Notes under the pieces: generated by a model
Databases searched by the model: none
What the model saw: the letters and a program-made list of their open reading frames with translations, nothing else
Told to the model about the DNA's origin: nothing
NCBI RefSeq assembly: GCF_964355755.1
Contig: NC_092672.1
Coordinates: 35,780,437 to 35,844,436, forward strand
DNA: 64,000 nucleotides
Source: Antedon mediterranea
Taxonomy: Eukaryota; Animalia; Echinodermata
Direction: 5' to 3'
Translations under genes and position numbers: made by a program
In this document: positions 36,901 through 46,015 of the stretch, one piece after another
Layout of the letters: each line of letters opens with the position of its first letter
Position numbering within the stretch: position 1 is the first letter of the stretch

Positions 36901-38804
36901 ATGTTTGATGAAATTTTAATTTGTAATACACTACTTAGGCTCTGTCTACACTATCAAACTAGCTTGACAAAAGTGTGATGTGTCCAAAATATGGTAGTGA
37001 TATGTTTAAATATGGTAGTGATATGACATCATTATGTGCATATATGAGCACAACAAATTTTTTTGTCACATAAAAAGTTTGATACTGTAGTGTAGACAGA
37101 GCTTTACCTTCCAGTTGCTGGTTTCATAAAAGAGAGCTGATCGATTTGCGAATCCCAGAGCGAGTTCACTTCCATCATTATGCGGTGCTAGTAATATCGC
37201 CTGGTGATCAACATTTTGCAACTTGTTAGTTATATTTATTATTATTAACCTGCAATACACTGTTGTGGTAAAACAATGCTTAGAAATGCGAATGTCTCGT
37301 CTAAGCTATGTCTATGTTATGCGCGATTTGAACGATTTGCGCAATTTGAAATTGCGCAAGGATTTTCTTGCGCAATTTAAAATTACTGTCGAAAAACCTT
37401 GCGCAATTTGCAGATTACTTGCGCAATTTAATACGTTGCTTGCGCAATTTGAAACACATGTTTCAATTCAAATTGCGCAAGCAACGTATTAAATTGCGCA
37501 AGTAATCAGCAAATTGCGCAAGGTTTTTCGACAGATTGTGAAATCATGCACACCCATATTTTTTTAGTAATTTCTAAGAATGATTCAAAATTGAAGATAA
37601 TATCGCATTTCCTTACCCTCCCGGGAGCCTCCCTCCCGAATTTTTTTTTCCGAATAAAAAAAATCTTGAATTCCCAATGGTTCTATAAAATACCATATTC
37701 ACACATAATATGAGGAGAAGGCATAAATAAATACCAATAGTAATATAATAATTTCAATTCAAATATCAGTAAGGACGATTAATAAGACTAATAACGATTG
37801 GATTTTTTTTTAGAAACAATAATATTACGAATTATTAGACGTTTACTATTTAACTTAAAAATTAAATTTAATGACAAAAAAGATCGACCTTTCGGTACCA
37901 TTCTCAACAACAAATGACTACAATAAAAAAAATAACAACAGTTCGTTTTCAAATTGCGCAAAGGTGTCATATTGCGCAAGAACTATCTTGCGCAATTTAC
38001 AAATTGTGCAGAGCAATTTGAAATTGCGCAAGGATTTTCTTGCGCAATTTGAAATTGCGCAAGTTGATTGCGCAATTTAATATTGCACAAGAAAATCCTT
38101 GCGTAATTTTAAATTGTGCAAGAATTCTTTGCGCAATTTTAAATTGCGCAAATCATTCAAATCGCGCATAACATCTACACTATCAACTTTATGTGATAAA
38201 AAAATGTGATGAGTGTGCCCATATGGACATGATGATGTCATATCACTACCATATTTGGGCACATTTTTTTGTCAAAGTAGTTTGATAGTGTAGACAGAGC
38301 TCATGTTATTTTTAAAATATAGGTGTTTAGCTTAGACCTGAGTAGACTTGCCCCAAGTCTGTATTGTTTTTTTTTAAATTTATTTGTTTTTATTTCGACC
38401 GAACTCAAGTAATACACGTATGAAACGCCATATGTGCAAAAATATTTATATTTTTACTAATATTAAGAAAAAACTCCGTCTGGAGCCCAGACTAAGACCT
38501 GAGGTGTAAAATTGTTGGTATCCATCCACTGAAATCAGCCTGTTTTTAAGTGGAGGTGATTGTAGTGTGTTAAGTTCAGTGTATTTAGGGGTTAGATATA
38601 TATATTTGGCACTTAAATGATGATGCTTTGGTCATAAATGGTGTAATTTATAAATCTCTTTATTATTACCCAATTATAATTCTTCAACGCATCATTAAAT
38701 TGTCTCTTTTGATAATGTGCATTTCCTTTCAACCTGAATGCATTGGAAGACTTTTCACATTTGTTACCAGATGATGTTTCGTAAATCGGTGTTACACCAG
38801 CCAT
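30971..38804 (-). CDS. SMYD4: SET and MYND domain lysine methyltransferase SMYD4-like, ~637 aa
   Basis: Exons (minus): 38804-38670, 37200-37108, 36823-36700, 36428-36313, 36195-36071, 35981-35876, 35791-35570, 35418-35105, 34709-34636, 32539-32373, 32228-32162, 32051-31938, 31385-31262, 31103-30971 (1914 nt, in phase). N-terminal TPRs (FANRSALF), RGRHLV, MYND finger, SLLNHSCKPN, HCYGP, post-SET YNFECNCDAC, C-terminal TPR-like region. The start codon is uncertain because an upstream coding exon is possible. Confidence 0.9.
33045..33158 (-). mobile_element. tRNA-like short element bounded by inverted repeats GGAGTGGAGT/ACTCCACTCC
   Basis: A box TGGCTTGGTGG, B box GTTCAAGTCC, anticodon-like stem CTTGG/CCAAG; no complete canonical cloverleaf. 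Confidence 0.6.
33163..34615 (-). mobile_element. 5'-truncated non-LTR retrotransposon (L2/CR1 group), reverse transcriptase C-terminal half plus 3'UTR, in SMYD4 intron
   Basis: Open frame from ~34550 to 33426 with GVFIDLSKAFD, GVPQGSILGPLLFLLFINDL, MFADDT, FLGIFID, YGITVWG, ILQKRALR, HNYNTR, GPKIWNSLP. 3' stem-loop (GACCCCAC...GTGGGGTA), AATAAA and (ATTG)n tail at 33163-33183. Confidence 0.93.
36529..36667. mobile_element. Dominant MITE copy
   Basis: TIRs and core; flanks TAA...TAA. Confidence 0.85.
36938..37103. mobile_element. Dominant MITE copy inserted in a SMYD4 5' splice site
   Basis: TSD TTA at 36935-36937 and 37104-37106; the latter is positions +2..+4 of the donor. Confidence 0.85.
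37304..38301. mobile_element. Dominant MITE copy split by the Ginger-like element
   Basis: Left 11 bp at 37304-37314, remainder at 38174-38301. Confidence 0.78.
37315..38173. mobile_element. Second Ginger-like element (TSD TCTA), nested inside the TIR of a MITE
   Basis: Same TIR as 6544-7382; TCTA at 37311-37314 and 38174-38177; the flanks rejoin as AGCTATGTCTA|CACTATCAA, the TIR of the dominant MITE. Confidence 0.82.
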
Positions 38805-39327
38805 GTCTAGATTGTTCTGAAATCTAAAAAAAAACGAGTACAAATTGAGTCGTATTTCAAATACTTGCACTTGCAATACAAAGCCCATCCCTTTTCACTT
38901 TTTTGTCTCCCTTAAATATGGGAATGGGTTAATCAGTGTCTAAGGCGAATGTTGGCCAGAGTTATCAGCTTTATTCCTTCACTGTGTATAGCTATCTACT
39001 ACTAGCTAGGAGCTACATACTTGGTCTAATTGTCTGCCCACAAATAAGGCACAACAAATTAACAAAATGGGCCTTACTAGCCTAGCTAGGCTAGCTAGGC
39101 CTATAATATATAGCTAGCCTATTTATAGTCTATTCTAGGCCTATCAATAAATATATAAAGACGTATTCAATTGGTATTGAATTTGATAGATTTATTAATT
39201 GGCCATGACAAATAGTAAATTGAATAACAATAAGCCTAAAATTAAAAACAACTACTGTATTGTTTATACCACCAACAATACCATGCTGTTTTGTTTACAT
39301 TTTTGAACTGAAATATCCACATCCAAT

Positions 39328-39344
39328 CCAGCGCCCTCTAGCGG
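39328..39344 (-). promoter_or_regulatory. Near-consensus CTCF motif upstream of SMYD4
   Basis: Minus strand CCGCTAGAGGGCGCTGG. Confidence 0.6.
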
Positions 39345-40629
39345 TCATCTAAGTTTGAACTTGAGTCCATTTAACCAACACGTACACAGTGGAGAGCCGG
39401 GATTCGAATCCCGTATTCGTATTTTCCTTCCTTTTTCGCTATCATAGCATAATTTCATTTGTCAATAAATAAAAAAATTAGATACAAACATAAAATAGTA
39501 TATTATACTTGACAATCACGTTACCATAAGTATGTAGGATGCGTGGACAACTATTGGCCAATCAGATCAATGGATTGTTTGGAAAGGCAGACGATCTAAA
39601 TTTGACACGGAGCATCGCGGTAATAATTCAGCACGCAGAGAAAAAGTAAGTTAAATTTACTGTTTTTGGATTCATAAATATATACACTTTTCTAATGCAC
39701 ATCTTTTAAAATTATTTGTTACATTAGAAGTCATATTGTACTGTGTACTAAATAAAGTAGATTTTATAAATTTAACAGCATTGCTTCGCTAGGCTATTCG
39801 AGCAGCAGAGCATCTGATGTACATGCTTAGCATCACTGGGACTGGTCTTACTTTTTAGCCTAGGCCGTGGAGGTTTCCTCCATGCCTGGGCCAAGTTGTC
39901 TTACTGCCGTAGTCATTCCCAGGAAGGAAGGATGAAGACGACGATGTCGCAAACAAGAATGAAAATGAAATGATAATAAATAGGTTAAAAATAATGATGA
40001 TATGAGGCAGGGGGAAATGATAAATGACCGGATGATGATATAACGAGGAATGATATTGGCTATGATTATCTCACATCTTTTCCAAGTATCCTACAATAAG
40101 AGTTGCAGTCTCGAGAAGTAATGTGAAGAAAGGTATAAAGTTCTACTATTTAACAGACTTTTAATGGAATCAGCAAGACCCGAGTCGTTATCAGCGTCGT
40201 CGTATAGAGTATCCATGTCATGCACGTAACGGATGTTGATGTTTAGTCGTTGTCAGTGTCAAATCATCTTGAATTAAATACACCGTACACACATAGTTGT
40301 GTTTTATTGTGATTTTATTTATTTCATTAATGATATTTTAGAAGATTACATCTAAACATAATTAAAATCATGGAGTGAGATTATGATTACTTAATTAAAG
40401 AAGTGATTTTCTCTGTTCACTCATATTTGTTGGTATAATAAAAATAAATATGCATAAATGATGCATTTCATGATTATAGTAGACCTATATCAAACCTGGT
40501 TTACTTCAATGCATCATTTGAGTATAAATCAATTCCATATAAGTAAATATTTTACTGTTCAATATTTGGTAGGCCTACATAAACTTTAGGCATGTTATGA
40601 TGTTAATCATCAGCAAATTGCACTAGGGC

Positions 40630-41454
40630 CTATATTTTCAATTTCATTGTCATTAATTTGTCATAGTAAGGTTGTGCCTTCGTCACCATGGTTCTTGTCA
40701 CTTCATTCATTTCCTCCAAAGCAGGTTCTGAGCTTGGTATGTGTTTGTCAAAACCTGTACTATTGAAAGCCTTCTCATGATTTGCTGTCATCATCTCACA
40801 TGCCATCTTCTTAAATGGCGATTGTCGCCATCTTGGATCAGGTCCTTGTTTCCAAGTCATCATCTTCTCAGAAAAAGGTAAACCAACTTGTTCACAAAAC
40901 GCGCGCATTACTTCTTGTGGTTTCATCTGAAGATCGTCTGCATCAATGACCACCGGCGCTTGGTTTAAATGATCCCGTACATACTCTGCTGTCTCTAGTA
41001 ACTGACGATGAGGTGTCCCAGGCAGGTTTGGTCTACAGGACAAATGGGGCTCACCTTTTATGCTATCTATCAATTTTTGTGATGACGCTAACACTTTACC
41101 AGGTTTTCTTGTCAAAAATACGTGTTTGAAGCCGGAGGGAATCTTATCAAAGTGTCCATGAATAAACAACCCACCATCCTTGGAAAAGACCACGTCTTTA
41201 TCGGGATATTCCTGCTCTAACATCGCTTTCACACCGTCAAATGTGTATTCGCTGCTACACAAGTTTTCTACTACTGCATTCATTTCATCTGTAATAGTTT
41301 TCTTGTCCCTGTCTGGTCCAAAAAGAGCTGCAGACACAAACGGCTCTTGAAAGATCTCCGCGTTCTCGAAAGTGGACATACTCTTCAAAAACGCAGTGGA
41401 GAGAGAACGTGGAGTAGACCAGACGATTACACGTACTTGCTTCGGTTTAGACAT
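40630..41454 (-). CDS. P-loop sulfotransferase-like protein (family often annotated as the N-terminal domain of branched-chain aminotransferase-like proteins), 274 aa, single coding exon
   Basis: Uninterrupted ORF. WSTPRSLSTAF resembles a 5'-PAPS-binding loop and HVFLTRKP..V..S a 3'-phosphate-binding motif; also VVIDADDL..P....FCE.VGLPF...M..W. Probable 5'UTR intron 41623-41457 (CAG|GTAAGA ... TTTATAG|CCATG). Confidence 0.82.
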   Translation of the reverse strand: MSKPKQVRVIVWSTPRSLSTAFLKSMSTFENAEIFQEPFVSAALFGPDRDKKTITDEMNAVVENLCSSEYTFDGVKAMLEQEYPDKDVVFSKDGGLFIHGHFDKIPSGFKHVFLTRKPGKVLASSQKLIDSIKGEPHLSCRPNLPGTPHRQLLETAEYVRDHLNQAPVVIDADDLQMKPQEVMRAFCEQVGLPFSEKMMTWKQGPDPRWRQSPFKKMACEMMTANHEKAFNSTGFDKHIPSSEPALEEMNEVTRTMVTKAQPYYDKLMTMKLKI

Positions 41455-41839
41455 GGCTATAAACGGAAATTAAATTTATTAATTAAACAGATTAAGTACG
41501 GTAAATAAAATTTGGAAAAACTATTAATTTAAGAATTATAAACATTTTAAAAACATGCAAAAGACGTCATTTGACACATGCATAAGCTTGCTTACAACCT
41601 TATATTTACATACTATTTCTTACCTGTTTCTGTACCTGAATCTCAAATTTTTATTTACAAACTTGACAGGTTTCTCCGTTTTCTTGGAGTAGTACTGCTT
41701 TCAATGTAATAGTCGTGTAAATGTTTAACATAGGACTCTTTACTTGATTTTAGCAGGCAGTTTCTGATCGTATAAATTTATTATGGTGTTTGATTTCGAG
41801 TGCTGGTAGGGCAACATGTTATGTATGCCTGCACCTATA

Positions 41840-41931
41840 TACCTGTACATGGACATGATAATGTCATACCACTACCATACTTGGGTATATCACTACCATA
41901 TTTGGACACAAATTTGATAGTGTAGACAGCT
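41840..41931. mobile_element. Degenerate dominant MITE upstream of the sulfotransferase-like gene
   Basis: Core repeats and right TIR only. Confidence 0.68.
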
Positions 41932-42686
41932 TTAGATATTAACCAATGATATGGTTATAAAATATATTGAGACCTAATTTGCGTTAATGAAAACAACATA
42001 ATAAAAAAGTTTAAAAAACTGTTTTGCAAGTTTGTTTTTATTTAAAAAAACACACTTTCCAAGGTAATAATTTGATATACAGTAACATAATTGTGTTTAT
42101 CAGGGATAAGTCAACATTAATGAAAAAGACAAAATGACCATAATTAAGCATATTTGACAAACCCTGTTGTACAATAGTATTCAATTTATAGTAAGTACTT
42201 AATTTATGTTTAACAGTACCATGCGAACACATTTTATAAAAGGTATCTCACTACTAAATTTTTGTGACTTTTTGCGATCAATTGTAACACTTTTTATGCG
42301 TGCGTCATTGAGCGTCACCGTTGCACGACAAAGAGTTACCAAGAATTTATAAGTTACACTTTAGCATACAATTCATATTTAAATTTTAAAAGAGTAGAAT
42401 AGCATTAATAATAACATTATTTGCGTTAAAAAGAACATTAAATAAGTAGTTTATATTACATTGCTATATACATTCATTTGATAGACTATAGGGAAACTTG
42501 AAACCGCCCAGTGGTATACTAGAAATTTAATTTTTAAACGGTTAAGAAGAGAAAATCTGTGAGAATGAGACACAAGTATTGGACTAATTACTATTCAGTG
42601 TAAAATAATGTACAATAATACTTATAAATACCTTTTTTGTAATAGGTACATGTATAGTTACTTTGGTTAATCAGTAATTAATAATT

Positions 42687-42718
<32 letters not shown>

Positions 42719-42830
42719 TTATAAACATATAAAATATTGAAATACTGCAACAACAAAGTGAAAATAACTGAAATATTCATTCATGATGCCTACGTTTGAC
42801 AACTATGGTTGAAAAAGTGTTATACACATA

Positions 42831-43006
42831 CAGTGGCGTAACGGCTATCAGCGCTCACTGGCTAAACCCAGGGGCCCGGAGCATATCGAGGCCCAGTGAG
42901 CAGTGCCCATAGGCATTAAAAAAACTAAATATGCCTGGTCTCCAGCATTGGAGAGCCACTTATGGTTCCTAAACCAGGGGCCTCGGGCGTCTGTGTTATG
43001 CCACTG
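42831..43006. mobile_element. hAT-type MITE with 8-bp TSD
   Basis: TIR CAGTGGCGTAAC/GTTATGCCACTG; perfect TSD TACACATA at 42823-42830 and 43007-43014. Confidence 0.85.
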
Positions 43007-43325
43007 TACACATACATTGGTGTCAATTGGGCCTACCAATTAAGCACATACTTCACAAAATCCTGAGGTTCGTGGTCACCACAGAAAATGAAAACAAAGC
43101 GTTGGCAAAAATTAATTTGGAAAGCTCTTGGGATATTAATTTTTCAAATGTACTAAATTATTATTCTATTTTTGACAAATACAAATACACAACACAAACG
43201 GTAATATTGCCTATTAAATGTAAAAGTACTTTTGTATGAAGAGTCAGCTTTTTTTAAGACATAGTATACATAATTTTGTCTGAGACACTGTTGGTTATAA
43301 TTAATAATTCTTCAACATGTTGTTA

Positions 43326-43597
43326 CAGTTAACTCTCCCAATACCGGACTCTGAAAACCAGCAACTCTCCCAAAACCAGACCTTTTCTTAAGGTCCAAAC
43401 GGTCCCAAATTCTTATTTCCATTAAAAAACACATTCTGAATATCACACTTTCCAGAAACCTGTCATATTACGCCAGCCCAAAGGTGTCCAGAATTCCAGA
43501 AACCTGACATATTACGCCAGCCCAAAGGTGTCCAGAATTCCAGAAACCTGACATATTACGCCAGCCCAAAGGTGTCCAGAATTGGGAGAGTTGGCTG
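43326..43597. mobile_element. Tc1/mariner-like MITE with an internal 3x44-bp tandem repeat
   Basis: TA|CAGTTAACTCTCCCAAT...ATTGGGAGAGTTGGCTG|TA. Confidence 0.75.
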
Positions 43598-44115
43598 TAC
43601 TGTACTTTCACAAGTACTTATTTTATTTTATATTCTTAAATAGGAATTAAACGTTTGATATCATACAAACAAGGTGGACAATAACATTAGGGCCTGTAAC
43701 ATATTTAGTATACATTAATATAACATTTTAACTAACACTGAGGATAAAAACCCATTATTTGGTCTATTGGCTAAATCAAGGTTTAAACATTTACAAATCT
43801 CAAGATTTAAGCACATACAACTTTGGAAGAAATAACAACAATTTTATAATGCTAACTAATAATCAATATAATAATCAATATAATCAATATAATAATCAAT
43901 ATAATTAAAATCATAAATATATAAGAAGCACATTTATAAGTATATTTTAATTTGAGAGAATAAAATGCTGCATTTAGACAGAAGCATATCCAATATTAAC
44001 CTGTCCCAGAGTGAAACTGTTCACTTGAATGTCCAGTTGTAGGACAGTCAAATTTATGGATAAATAGTGAGCACAAGTTCAAAATTTGGGTATAGGCTAC
44101 AATTGATAATCTTTA

Positions 44116-44277
44116 AGCTCTGTCTACACTATCAAACTAGTTTGACAAAAAAAGTGTGATGGTGCCCAAATATGGTAGTGATATTCTTAAATATGGTAGT
44201 GATATGACATCATCATGTCCATATATGGGCACATCACATTTTTTTGTCACATAAAGTTTGATAGTGTAGACCGAGCT
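44116..44277. mobile_element. Dominant MITE copy
   Basis: TIRs and core. Confidence 0.85.
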
Positions 44278-44609
44278 TATGTGTATACTAATAGCAATCA
44301 TAAATTCCAAGTTATGGGTGATCTGTTGATAGGCTACTACATGAGTAAACACAAATATCCATGCAATGAATATTAAGAAGAAACCAGAATTATTTATCTA
44401 TAGACAGATTATATTCATGAATTTGAGATGATCATTAAAAAGTCATATTACAGTCATAATCAACATTTTGGTGTACAGTTACCAGATGTGATATATTTCA
44501 TACCCTCTTCTTTAATACAATAATCTTGTTTACAATGTTTATGTAGGTCTTGCAGTATAAAGTTTACATAACAGAATAGATTGGATCCAGTAGCGGTAGG
44601 TTTTTGTTG

Positions 44610-44842
44610 TTAGGTTTCAAAATGTGTGTAAATGGATGTGATATACGTCATTACAGACTGCCAGTCGGGTCGTTCCATTTTCCATGTTAGGTTTCAAAAT
44701 GTGTGTAGATGGATGTGATATACGTCATTACAGACTGCCAGTCGGGTCGTTCCATTTTCCATGTTAGGTTTCAAAATGTGTGTAGATGGATGTGATATAC
44801 GTCATTACAGACTGCCAGTCGGGTCGTTCCATTTTTACCATG
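44610..44842 (-). repeat. Three tandem 77-bp copies of the cytospin C-terminal codons and stop
   Basis: TTAGGTTTCAAAATGTGTGTA.ATGG... at 44610, 44687 and 44764. Confidence 0.92.
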
Positions 44843-45975
44843 TCCTCGACATCCTAAACAGAAAAGTTTGACATAAAGATAATTAAATTATAGACATTTT
44901 TTTAAAGGTTTATTGAAATCTATATGTTCAGGTTCAATTTTTCTGGCTCCTTTAAGTATTTTATATCATAGTCAATTGTAGATGCAACAAACATTTGACC
45001 TATAGTTTATCTTTATCAGAAAAGGAACAGATATTAAATTAAAATAATACACTTACTAAAATACTTGGTATACCAACACTCTCTGCAGCTTTGAATGCAG
45101 CAGTGAAATTCCTCCGCTATAAACATAAGCAAAATATATATTATTAGGAGAGCATTAATATGATTTTATAGAAAATCATAATTTACTTATATTTAAGTTT
45201 TTGTTTATATCAATGTCAAATGTATTTTCTAATGAATACCAATAATTAGGTTTCGATAATTGCCTTACTACACATGTCTAGAGGGCGACACACAATACGT
45301 ACCAACAATACTGTACTATAGGTGGCTCACTCATATATTAGAGTCAGCTCATAAAATACATAACGATTCTCTTGACTATTGTAAATTTGAACCAGGATAT
45401 AATTATATTTCAGGATGAGTAAAGTTTTTACAAAAATAATGAACCTTTTATTACTGTAGAGTCAGTATATAATAATAGTCTTTGCATTCTATCTAGAGCA
45501 ATGGGCGCTCCTATTATTTTCAGACCAATTTCTTTGAACGTCTGGCTCAACATGTGTTCAGCACATTCTTGTCACAGACACCTAGCAAGTTATATTTATA
45601 TACAGCATTTTAAACAAAAATGATACTAACAAAAACTGACAACAACTTACTTTATCGATACTGTTTAATTCATGATATGGTAAAAGATGTGGAACATGGC
45701 TGTGAATCAATGCACAAAACCCAAGTCCATCGTTCCAACTGCTACTAAAATTGGTTATGTCGATATTCTGAAAAAAGAAAAAAGAATAGTACTAAATGAT
45801 AAATACACCTATTATTATATGCAGTGGTCTTATGGCGGCACCTTTTAAGTATTCTGTATTCATTCTGCTTTTATTCAATATTTCTCTTTGCAGTATATAT
45901 AAAATAAAACTGAATTGCGAGAGATTTACATATAAAATTGGTACAAGCTTTCAAACATCAAAATTTACAACATTA

Positions 45976-46015
<40 letters not shown>

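Noticed and set aside
45982-46011. 30-nt poly(A) tract as a retrocopy tail
   Set aside because: No recognisable upstream retroelement body or TSD; treated as a simple homopolymer.
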